Positions 56,358 to 64,000 of a stretch of DNA of 64,000 nucleotides are shown piece after piece; within the stretch, counting starts at the first letter, position 1; every line of letters starts with the position of its first letter. The stretch lies in sequence record PQ409239.1. One strand, written 5' to 3'. Origin of the DNA: Klebsiella phage vB_KpnP_PW7. The translations under genes were made by a program, and so were the position numbers. The notes below the pieces were generated by a model that did not search any database, was not told the origin of the DNA, and saw only the letters and a list, made by a program, of their open reading frames with translations.

Positions 56358-57563
56358 TTACAGTGGTGCAACAGTCTTAATCAGAGCCAGACGCTCTGGA
56401 CGTTTAACCAGGATACCATAGTACCACTTAATGCTGGAGAAGCCAGTTTCACCGTAAGGGTCGTTACGGTCAGCAGTTTCTTTACCAGGCATTTTGGTCA
56501 TGACAGTGAACTTAACAGACTTACCATCAGTCTGGAAACCGATAGAGGTAAACGAATCGTCACCAACTACCAGCATCGGGAACACGTCGTAGTGTTCTGT
56601 ACCGTTCACAGTGGAGGTACGGTAGCCTGGGTTAGCAGAAGTAGCTTCTGCACCAGCACCTGCCCAATGCAGCATCTCAGGAACCTGGATGATACGGAAC
56701 TTATCAATAGAACCGATTTCACCGTTCATCAGGGTACCAGCATCACCGTAGTGCTGAACTTCGATGAAAGCTTTGTTACCAAACAGGTCTTTCATTGCTT
56801 TCAGTTCTGGTACCAGTTCAGAGCCTACGTACATTACACGGGTAGAACCGATGACACGGGTGTCAATCATACGGGAACCAGTGATGATAGTAGTTTGAGT
56901 CGGTGTACGGTTATCAGTCAGGATTTGGTCCAGACGCATCAGGTTCTTGTAGGAAACTACAGAAGGAGTCGTACCTTCACCAGTGACTTCGTCATCAGAG
57001 GTTGCTGCACCCGCATACAGAATAGTACCGGCAGCAGCCAGCAGGTCTTTTTGCAGTACTGCTTCAGTCAGCTGAACAGCACCGTTCATCAGTTCACGAG
57101 ACAGGTGTTCTTTCAGGCCATCGTCAGAATCAAAGTCCAGGGATTCCTGGGTGAATTCGTAGAAGAAACCAAACTTGTGAATGGAACCTTCACGAGACAG
57201 ACGGGTAAAGCCAACACGGTTCACACGACCACCGTTCTCAGTCAGCAGAGGCAGACGGGTGTTAATGTTACCGATGTCCTTGCTAGAACCATACAGGTTA
57301 CCGTTTACAATGGTAGCACCGTTGGCGTCAATACCCTGGTCGTTGATGTTCTTGTCATCCAGCAGAGGAACGTATTCGTAGACTTTAATAGTCTTACCAT
57401 AGTTCTTCGGCATGTTAGTGACAGATGCCAGAGGCATGAAATACTGGTCTTTGCGAGATTGGATAATAGCCTTCTTCAACCAGAAGAAGGTATTCATCTG
57501 GTCAGAGTTAGCACCATCAATACTAGACTTTTGACCGTCAATAGGAGCGTTATAGTTAAGCAT
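56358..57563 (-). CDS. major capsid protein (N4 gp56-like)
   Basis: 401 aa, the same length as N4 gp56; strong RBS; followed by a terminator; at the syntenic position. Confidence 0.65.
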   Translation of the reverse strand: MLNYNAPIDGQKSSIDGANSDQMNTFFWLKKAIIQSRKDQYFMPLASVTNMPKNYGKTIKVYEYVPLLDDKNINDQGIDANGATIVNGNLYGSSKDIGNINTRLPLLTENGGRVNRVGFTRLSREGSIHKFGFFYEFTQESLDFDSDDGLKEHLSRELMNGAVQLTEAVLQKDLLAAAGTILYAGAATSDDEVTGEGTTPSVVSYKNLMRLDQILTDNRTPTQTTIITGSRMIDTRVIGSTRVMYVGSELVPELKAMKDLFGNKAFIEVQHYGDAGTLMNGEIGSIDKFRIIQVPEMLHWAGAGAEATSANPGYRTSTVNGTEHYDVFPMLVVGDDSFTSIGFQTDGKSVKFTVMTKMPGKETADRNDPYGETGFSSIKWYYGILVKRPERLALIKTVAPL

Positions 57564-57575
57564 GTACTTTACCTT

Positions 57576-58805
57576 TTAAAGTCTACCGGGTACTGGTAGT
57601 TTAGCGAAATCTTCATCACTCATAGCGAGTGGGTTAATAAACTGTTCTACTTTACGTGGTGCAGCTCGACTAGGAGATGCAGCACTTGCTTGCTCTGTGT
57701 TAGTAATAACCGGTTTAGGTTGTACTACACGAGTAACTACAGGAGCTTTAGCAGCTGGAGTAGTTACAGTAGGTTCTGCCTTTGGCTGCACCAAGTCAGC
57801 AAATCCACCAGCAGCAGCCAGTTGATTACCAACCTGATTATACGCAGCCAAGAACGGAGTACCAGCCGGAATCTGACCTAACATTTGCAGACGACTCATT
57901 TCAGAAACGATACGGTCGTAAATACCATTTTCACGTTGCTGTTGAATTGTCTGTAGTAAGCCACGATTCTCAAACAGTGCTTCTTTACTCTGTGCATCCC
58001 ATGTCTGAGCGATTACACCTAAAGTAGCTTGTCCTTCTGGGGTAGACTTTAAATCGTCCAGTTCGGTTGCAAATGCTGCTTCAGCGTCAGTTACACGGTG
58101 ATTGCCTGCTTGGTAATTAACTTCCTCTTCTGGGTTAATATCGAGAGGGTCAATACCAGCTTCTTTAATCAACTTCTTAATAGCGTCAGGGTTCTTTTTC
58201 TCCAGGTCAATCAGGAAAGAAAGTTTACCTTCATCCATTAATCCGTTGTTTTCCAGCATCAGCATTACCTTACGATAAGGCTGCAATTCTTGCATTTTAC
58301 GAGTGTAGTTAGCACCCATCTGCATCAGGCTAATGGCCTCCTCCGGTGAACGGGGAGTAATCATTTTACCGTTAGCTTTAAAGGGGGCCATGATTTGCTC
58401 GTAGCCTGCTTTATAGTTGAAGTCGGCGGGCAGACCATCAGACTTGGGAGTTTCCTCCTGCTTGTCTTTACCTTCAACCTGGCCGGGTTGTTCGGTAGTA
58501 GAGGCATCTTCAGTAATCGGCTTACCGTTACTATCAACTTCTGTATTGTCAACTTTATCATTAACATTATCAGAATTGGAAGAGTTTGCATCTTCTACTT
58601 TTTCAACTTCGGTTTCTACTTCAGGTTCTACTTGCTGTTGCTGTTCAGCTTGAGTGGCAACTACATTGTCATTATTCTGACTATGAGCATTGTCATCTTC
58701 TGGGTTGTTCTGAGTGTCTTCAACAACAGGGGAAGACATATTCAGAATCTCATCATCCGACATTTCGAAAATGTCGGAAGCCTTATTAGTGGCTTCCGTA
58801 GTCAT
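57576..58805 (-). CDS. putative scaffolding/internal protein with acidic disordered N-terminus
   Basis: 409 aa; the first 120 aa are D/E/N/Q-rich and low-complexity; upstream of the capsid gene. Confidence 0.35.
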   Translation of the reverse strand: MTTEATNKASDIFEMSDDEILNMSSPVVEDTQNNPEDDNAHSQNNDNVVATQAEQQQQVEPEVETEVEKVEDANSSNSDNVNDKVDNTEVDSNGKPITEDASTTEQPGQVEGKDKQEETPKSDGLPADFNYKAGYEQIMAPFKANGKMITPRSPEEAISLMQMGANYTRKMQELQPYRKVMLMLENNGLMDEGKLSFLIDLEKKNPDAIKKLIKEAGIDPLDINPEEEVNYQAGNHRVTDAEAAFATELDDLKSTPEGQATLGVIAQTWDAQSKEALFENRGLLQTIQQQRENGIYDRIVSEMSRLQMLGQIPAGTPFLAAYNQVGNQLAAAGGFADLVQPKAEPTVTTPAAKAPVVTRVVQPKPVITNTEQASAASPSRAAPRKVEQFINPLAMSDEDFAKLPVPGRL

Positions 58806-58822
58806 AGGATATCTCCGGGTTA

Positions 58823-59173
58823 TTATTCAGTTTCATCTTCTGGCTGGGCACGAAGTTTTTCGAGTTCATCGTCCACATCCAGAATAGAACGTTCACTGGA
58901 ATCTGCCATACGCAAGGTAATGTCCAGCCAACGTTTAAGGTGACCACCTGCTTGGGCCAATGCTAATGCATCTGCACGTTGTTCTGCTGTCAGCAGTGGG
59001 TCACAGGATTCTTGTACATAGCGTGCTGCTGATTGAATACAGAAATCTTCCAAAATCACTTTACGGAAGAGTGGGTTGCCCATGAGTTTACGCACGTCTT
59101 CTGCATAGGCAACTGAGGCTTTCAGCTTGTTACGGTGTAGTTCAAGTTCTTCGATGGTATATTCGGTTGACAT
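58823..59173 (-). CDS. hypothetical head-morphogenesis protein
   Basis: 116-aa ORF between the portal and scaffold genes. Confidence 0.4.
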   Translation of the reverse strand: MSTEYTIEELELHRNKLKASVAYAEDVRKLMGNPLFRKVILEDFCIQSAARYVQESCDPLLTAEQRADALALAQAGGHLKRWLDITLRMADSSERSILDVDDELEKLRAQPEDETE

Positions 59174-59186
59174 GGTCTGCCTCTTA

Positions 59187-61472
59187 TTAAATGTTCATAC
59201 CAGGACTAAGAGCTGGGTCTTGTGCTGGGTCAAAATATTTGGAACCAATTGAGAGAGCTGGGTCGTTTTGTGCTGCCATCTCTCTATCAGGTATAGATTG
59301 AATACCCGAATTATCTCCGTTGGTCAATGCATTATACCCAATTGCAGCAGATATGTTAGGGGAAGAATCACCTTCTTTCTGCGGTTGGGTAAGTGCCTTA
59401 GTAACTTGCAGGTTCTGATTACCCTGAGACTGAGCTTTCTGCTTATCCATCTCACGAGCATGTTTAGTACCAGATTCCTGTTCCAGGTAATCCAGATTAG
59501 TAAGGTCTTTTTTAGCAGTCTCTGCTTCAGCTTTAGCTTTGTTAAGTTCAATTTGAGACTTAATTTCTTCGTTCTCAAGTTGTGCTTTCTCAACAGCAAG
59601 GCGTTTAAGTTCTTCTTCCATCGGGTCTGGTTGTGGCTGATAAGTACGTAATTCATGTGCCAAGTCTGGCATACGTTTAAGGTCTGCAATCTTAGCGAGC
59701 AAACGTAACTTAACATCCATTGGTACGGAGTCACCCAATGTTTGAACCATAAAACCTAAATCCTGGGACTTCTGGTTATCAATCTCAGCAGTATTAATAT
59801 CAACTTCTAAGTCGAAGTTACCTGCTAAGTCTTCACGATTTACTTCAATAAATTCTTCGTTAGTGATTCGTACTACTTCTTTCTCTGACAGGAATACAGC
59901 ATTCATTGCACAAATCTTTGTACCAATATCAGCCATACCTTTTGCCAGACGACGAAGAATAGCCATCTCACGTTTAGATGCAGCATCCAGTACACCGCGA
60001 ATACCAGCAGCAACATCACCGTAAGCTTCACCTGTTACACCACCAGCAAATGCTTTAACACCCGTTAGTGCCTCTGCTTCCTGGTTCTGCATTTGGGACA
60101 TTACAATAGCTGACTGAGGTAACTCAGGGAACTTATGCTCAATAATCGACTGAGCTGGATTTCCTTGTAATGAGTTATACTCATAGTCCTGACCGTCTTC
60201 AAAACGTCTACGGTTAAGAGCATCGAGCATTCCTTTAGGGTACGCACGTTGACCATTGGCACTACGACCAAGTAAGTCAATCATACCACGCATAGTAGCA
60301 CCCAGAATCTTTTGGTTTTCGCCAAGCAACTCTGCATCAGCTTCACCAAACAGGTCTCGTTTACGAGGCATGTAAGGGGTAACCACAATAGGTAACTTAC
60401 CATCAGGATACGGGTTCTTCTCTAAACGAATAAGGGTGGAACCAATCCAGGTAGCTACAATTGGTTGTAACTCGCCTTTACCATCTGTATCCCAGAATCC
60501 CCAGTACTCGTAAGCAACCACACGTTTACGCATAGCATCACGGAACTGAAAATCCCCAGGAGTATTGGATGCATGGTCTGGGTCAGTAATAGGAGAGTTG
60601 GACTCCCAGTCAATCTTATCCAGATTGTGGTAACGACCAGGTACTTTAAGTAGGTCAGCCTTACAGGTTTCAAACGATATGACACAGTAGAGTGCCTTAT
60701 CTAAATCACCGTTGCAGGATGGGTCAACTACTACGTTGTTAGGGTCGAGAAATTCTACAGTAGGTCTGTTGACGATTGCCTTTTCAATCTCTACTTCCGT
60801 GGAACCAGACTGAATAGCATAAGTAGCTTCTCCGGTTTCCTCAAAGTAGTTAACTGCCTCTTTAATGTCATCCGGTACGTTCTCCTCATACTGACGAGGA
60901 TTAGCAGTCTTCAATTCAAGGGCTTGTTGTAAAGCCTGAATCTGCTCTTCCGTTTCAATTGGGTAAAGTTGGAATACTGGGGCTTCCTCTTTAACCTTAA
61001 TAATTCGACGGTCCCAGCCAACACGAGCAATACTAGTGCCATCATCCACAGTAGAGTGAATGAAATCATCAATGAGCTTCACACGGTTAAGTTGTGTACG
61101 GAACTGGTAGTTCAGTACTAACTCATTCTGACGAGCTGCATCAGCATCTTCCCAGGTAGCTGGTTTTACCGTGAACAATTTAGGCGAAGAAAGAAATGGT
61201 TCAGACAGAGGGGCATAACGCCACTCTGCCTGACGGCGAACCAGTTTAGGTTGGACCTGAGAACGACCCTTAATCTTAGGGGGCTTGTGCTTTCCCGTTG
61301 TTTTACGTAAGTCATTCCAGTCATTGATTTCATTCATCAATGCATCATGGGCTGGTTTACCTGCCTCAAGGTCAGCCTTTAAGGATTGTATACTGGGTTC
61401 CTTTGCCCAGTCTGTAAGCTTACTAGACTCGCTTGGGTCTGGCATTGGCTTCATAGAATCAACGGTTTCCAT
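59187..61472 (-). CDS. portal protein (N4 gp59-like)
   Basis: 761 aa (N4 portal is about 764 aa), at the syntenic position upstream of the scaffold and capsid genes. Confidence 0.6.
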   Translation of the reverse strand: METVDSMKPMPDPSESSKLTDWAKEPSIQSLKADLEAGKPAHDALMNEINDWNDLRKTTGKHKPPKIKGRSQVQPKLVRRQAEWRYAPLSEPFLSSPKLFTVKPATWEDADAARQNELVLNYQFRTQLNRVKLIDDFIHSTVDDGTSIARVGWDRRIIKVKEEAPVFQLYPIETEEQIQALQQALELKTANPRQYEENVPDDIKEAVNYFEETGEATYAIQSGSTEVEIEKAIVNRPTVEFLDPNNVVVDPSCNGDLDKALYCVISFETCKADLLKVPGRYHNLDKIDWESNSPITDPDHASNTPGDFQFRDAMRKRVVAYEYWGFWDTDGKGELQPIVATWIGSTLIRLEKNPYPDGKLPIVVTPYMPRKRDLFGEADAELLGENQKILGATMRGMIDLLGRSANGQRAYPKGMLDALNRRRFEDGQDYEYNSLQGNPAQSIIEHKFPELPQSAIVMSQMQNQEAEALTGVKAFAGGVTGEAYGDVAAGIRGVLDAASKREMAILRRLAKGMADIGTKICAMNAVFLSEKEVVRITNEEFIEVNREDLAGNFDLEVDINTAEIDNQKSQDLGFMVQTLGDSVPMDVKLRLLAKIADLKRMPDLAHELRTYQPQPDPMEEELKRLAVEKAQLENEEIKSQIELNKAKAEAETAKKDLTNLDYLEQESGTKHAREMDKQKAQSQGNQNLQVTKALTQPQKEGDSSPNISAAIGYNALTNGDNSGIQSIPDREMAAQNDPALSIGSKYFDPAQDPALSPGMNI

Positions 61473-61480
61473 AATAAGTC

Positions 61481-61981
61481 CTATTCTAATAGTTTACGGT
61501 CTGCTCGAATCTGATTAGACAATTCAATTATTTGTCCGTCACGGAGTCTAACAGTTGCCCGGAGTTCTTCAACCAACTGTCTGCCTTGTTCAAGACTGTT
61601 GTCGAGTCTGGCTGCATGGCTTGCAAGACTTCTGCACTCAGTGGCTCCACCTTCGGCTTGACGTTGATATACTTTGGCTCTTTGTTCAGATTGCTGCAAC
61701 CTAGCAGAGTACTGACTAGTGATAGAGTCAAGAGAAGCTTGGTAATTCTCGTTAGCAGTTTTGAGCCTTGCTTGCAATAGCTCGACTTCGTACTTGTGCT
61801 GTCTGCTAAGTGCATCATTCTCACCTTTAGCTTTGTTAATAGCCTGCTCGTCTAAACGCTTCTGTGCATCCCACTTAGTTTGCACAGAGTGTTGACCAGC
61901 TTCATATACTCTCCAACAAATAAAGGCTGCTGACGCAGCCAATAAGATGATGGAGCAAACCTTATAGTTTAGCGTCATCAT
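61481..61981 (-). CDS. i-spanin (Rz-like): N-terminal TM plus periplasmic coiled-coil
   Basis: TM segment [20 protein letters not shown] followed by a long helical Q/E/R/L-rich region; adjacent to the endolysin; contains an embedded lipobox ORF. Confidence 0.55.
   Translation of the reverse strand: MMTLNYKVCSIILLAASAAFICWRVYEAGQHSVQTKWDAQKRLDEQAINKAKGENDALSRQHKYEVELLQARLKTANENYQASLDSITSQYSARLQQSEQRAKVYQRQAEGGATECRSLASHAARLDNSLEQGRQLVEELRATVRLRDGQIIELSNQIRADRKLLE
61528..61824 (-). CDS. candidate o-spanin (Rz1-like lipoprotein) embedded in the +1 frame of the i-spanin gene; start codon uncertain
   Basis: Hydrophobic [13 protein letters not shown] followed by lipobox LLGC-S; fully nested inside the Rz-like gene; the only in-frame ATGs give a 42-aa pre-Cys leader. 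Confidence 0.4.
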   Translation of the reverse strand: MRMMHLADSTSTKSSYCKQGSKLLTRITKLLLTLSLVSTLLGCSNLNKEPKYINVKPKVEPLSAEVLQAMQPDSTTVLNKADSWLKNSGQLLDSVTDK

Positions 61982-62603
61982 TACACTTCTCCAGAGGGAC
62001 ATTACCAATACGATTAGCAACCCAACCGTATGTAAAGTCTGGCATATTCAATGAGACGTAATGAGTAAGTTGCTTACCATCTAGCATTTTAATCATTACC
62101 TTACACGCTGCCACTTTGCCTCGTTTTTGTTGAAGGGCTTTATAAGCATTTACTGTACCTGCACCGACTTTACCATCAACTTGGATTTTAGGGTAGTCTT
62201 TGCCACCCCTGCTTAAATCATTTAATGATTCCTGCAACCACTTAGATGGGCGTGAGGTACCAGTGTTAACACCAGCATCCACAAGCTTATGAGTAACGGC
62301 TGGGCTAATGGGAGCAAACTCAAGGAAACCAGGTTTAACAATGTAGTCATCTACGTAGATGTCTGCTGCCATATCCTTGGTTAAACCTTTCATTGAACCA
62401 TTCCAGCCATACTCCCTTGCTAGGGTTTCTTTATGGGACATGGCTACGGCTTTGGTGATTCCATGATTAGTCTCACCTCCTGGGTCTTTGGGGTTATTTA
62501 CATAACCACCTTCCATTGTAAACACTACCCCCAGAATGGTAGCAATTACGGCCCCCACTGCACCTCCTTTTGCAGCTACTTTTTTATTCTTTATCTGCAT
62601 CAC
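61962..62603 (-). CDS. SAR-endolysin, GH108 N-acetylmuramidase (N4 gp61-like)
   Basis: N-terminal signal-anchor-release-like segment GGAVGAVIATILGVVFTM immediately followed by the GH108 motif EGGYVNNPKDPGGETNHGIT. Confidence 0.7.
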   Translation of the reverse strand: MMQIKNKKVAAKGGAVGAVIATILGVVFTMEGGYVNNPKDPGGETNHGITKAVAMSHKETLAREYGWNGSMKGLTKDMAADIYVDDYIVKPGFLEFAPISPAVTHKLVDAGVNTGTSRPSKWLQESLNDLSRGGKDYPKIQVDGKVGAGTVNAYKALQQKRGKVAACKVMIKMLDGKQLTHYVSLNMPDFTYGWVANRIGNVPLEKCNDDAKL

Positions 62604-62850
62604 TTGTTTCCTTTGGTTTTAGATGGAACAACCGAGCAACAATGTTAAAGAAGCACACCCACATGATGATTTCACTAGAGTGAGGGATTTCTTTAAGTAT
62701 GTGGGGAGGTATAGCATTTGAGTAGAGTTGGATAAGGTCCAATGCAGAAAAGAAAAACAAAACACCTGCACTTAACTGAATAGAGGCCCACTTCCAGCAC
62801 TTCTTCCAGTTTGGTACCAAACCAACTCGTTTAGTTAACTTGCGAACCAT
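62584..62850 (-). CDS. putative holin (2 TM)
   Basis: Start at MVRKLTK; TM1 WASIQLSAGVLFFFSALDLIQLY; TM2 IIMWVCFFNIVARLF; charged C-terminus; overlaps the endolysin start. Confidence 0.45.
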   Translation of the reverse strand: MVRKLTKRVGLVPNWKKCWKWASIQLSAGVLFFFSALDLIQLYSNAIPPHILKEIPHSSEIIMWVCFFNIVARLFHLKPKETSDADKE

Positions 62851-63167
62851 GCGAAAATCTCCCGTCTGGCTGCTGCTAATATACCAATGATTGCACCTGC
62901 TCCAGCCCATACCCACTTACCAAATATACCGGCACCAACTACTTTGTGCTTGATGGTAATGAATTCTTCGATAGTAGGTTCAGACTTAGCAAGACTATCC
63001 TCAACACTCTTAAGTCGTCCTTCCATCTGTTGAACGGAGTCCCTAAGTCCAGATAGAGTCTGTTCTAGCTTTTCTTTAGAACGCTCCTCCTTTTCTTGGT
63101 TCTTAAATAAAGTTTCCAGTCTTTCCTCCAATCGGGCAAGAAGAACCGAAGTCGATTCATCGCTCAT
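62835..63167 (-). CDS. tail-anchored membrane protein with coiled-coil (holin/antiholin-like or lysis regulator)
   Basis: Start MSDEST with RBS AAGGAC; C-terminal TM VVGAGIFGKWVWAGAGAIIGILAAA. Confidence 0.4.
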   Translation of the reverse strand: MSDESTSVLLARLEERLETLFKNQEKEERSKEKLEQTLSGLRDSVQQMEGRLKSVEDSLAKSEPTIEEFITIKHKVVGAGIFGKWVWAGAGAIIGILAAARREIFAWFAS

Positions 63168-63260
63168 GAGAAAGTCCTTATTGTTTGTAATACCACCCAA
63201 ATGGGACGTATCAGAAGAATCTGACCAACAGATGATACTAAGTTAGGGCGAGGCAATATA

Positions 63261-63292
63261 GAAAAAAATGCCCCTAAAAAGGGGCATTTTTA
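63261..63292 (-). terminator. rho-independent terminator (bidirectional T-tracts)
   Basis: ATGCCCCT aaaaa GGGGCAT with a TTTTTTC-type tract on the reverse strand. Confidence 0.7.
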
Positions 63293-63508
63293 TTAGACTG
63301 AATACATACCTATACCGTTCTCGCACATTATGTAGTAGCCACCAGGCTGAGGGGCGTATTTTTGCACGTACTCTTCTGACACAACAACAGGGTCTGAAAC
63401 TTCCTGACCGCTTTCCAGAGTTAGCGTGCACTGACCATCTGTAACCTCGCCTACATTTGCAATTTTTAACGCAAATACTGGTGTGATTTTTTCAACGTTG
63501 CTTTCCAT
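63293..63508 (-). CDS. hypothetical small late protein
   Basis: 71-aa ORF ending at the terminator. Confidence 0.45.
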   Translation of the reverse strand: MESNVEKITPVFALKIANVGEVTDGQCTLTLESGQEVSDPVVVSEEYVQKYAPQPGGYYIMCENGIGMYSV

Positions 63509-63976
63509 TTAAAGTACCTCTATCTCAACGGAGTAAGGAGTTGTTGTAGTCGCCCCAGCGTTAGCTGGAAGAACGAAGCGAATCTTACGACCAGAATTTA
63601 CAGCATATGAGAGGCTGTTATCATCATTCGCATTTTTTACAGTAAGACCATAGTTCTGTCCGATAAAATCTCTGGCTTGAGTAGGTGCAACTGTTTTAAG
63701 GAATGTTGCAGTTTCTACCGGGCTGATATTAGTAACAGCCAATCCAGCAGTAGTAGCAATATTTGCACTACCAGACATAGGGACAACTATGCACGGTAAG
63801 TTGGTACTACGAACAAACACCTTCCACTCCTGAACGACAGCATCATTAAGGTCATTACCGTTGCGCGATGTCAACTTGACCTTCAATGTCATCCCAGGAA
63901 TTAACCCGTTAAGGGTATAAACCTTGCCGGATTGCCGCTCAGCAACAGTGAATGTACCGTTAAACCGCACCTTCAT
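63509..63976 (-). CDS. hypothetical virion protein (beta-rich, Ig-like?)
   Basis: 155 aa; S/T/V/N-rich beta-strand pattern; late strand. Confidence 0.4.
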   Translation of the reverse strand: MKVRFNGTFTVAERQSGKVYTLNGLIPGMTLKVKLTSRNGNDLNDAVVQEWKVFVRSTNLPCIVVPMSGSANIATTAGLAVTNISPVETATFLKTVAPTQARDFIGQNYGLTVKNANDDNSLSYAVNSGRKIRFVLPANAGATTTTPYSVEIEVL

Positions 63977-64000
63977 ACCTACAGGATTAATGGTTGGTAG

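Noticed and set aside
63243-63431. Reverse-strand ORF of 62 aa overlapping the terminator at 63261..63292
   Set aside because: It spans the terminator hairpin and overlaps the better-supported 63293..63508 ORF in another frame. It is Cys/Arg-rich and implausible.
1-64000. CRISPR arrays, integrase/lysogeny module, transposons
   Set aside because: No regularly spaced direct repeats, no tyrosine or serine recombinase motifs and no attP-like features were seen. The only mobile-element-like gene is the HNH endonuclease.

Overview
The window is about 64 kb of a Schitoviridae (N4-like) podophage genome, with no host DNA. The forward strand (1-39.2 kb) carries the early and middle/replication genes. 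The early part is a run of small ORFs punctuated by many rho-independent terminators and three short-loop hairpins that resemble N4 vRNAP promoters. The middle part encodes a two-subunit T7-like RNA polymerase (RNAP1/RNAP2), an AAA+ ATPase with a vWA/metallopeptidase partner, a dCTP deaminase, a ThyX-like protein, an rIIA/rIIB-like pair, a Dda/RecD-like helicase, a family A DNA polymerase, a Cas4-like nuclease, a primase, a P-loop ATPase, SSB and a RuvC-like resolvase. Between 35.4 and 37.1 kb lies a tRNA cluster, and a small gene set including a DUF2829 (Tad2-like) protein sits just before the strand switch. The reverse strand (39.2-64 kb) carries the late genes in N4 order: a giant virion RNA polymerase (about 3470 aa), four large virion/ejection proteins, the major capsid protein (401 aa), a putative scaffold, the portal (761 aa), and a lysis cassette. 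The lysis cassette has an i-spanin with an embedded lipobox ORF, a SAR GH108 endolysin, a holin and a tail-anchored membrane protein. Two further small late genes follow the lysis cassette. All calls rest on motif recognition by eye, ORF size and synteny with phage N4; no database searches were run. Most interesting: a Tad2-like anti-Thoeris candidate, a tRNA array with several non-canonical tRNA-like elements inside a 1.7 kb ORF-free block, N4-type hairpin promoter candidates, and a cluster of nucleotide-related small early genes (SLOG, DUF4326).
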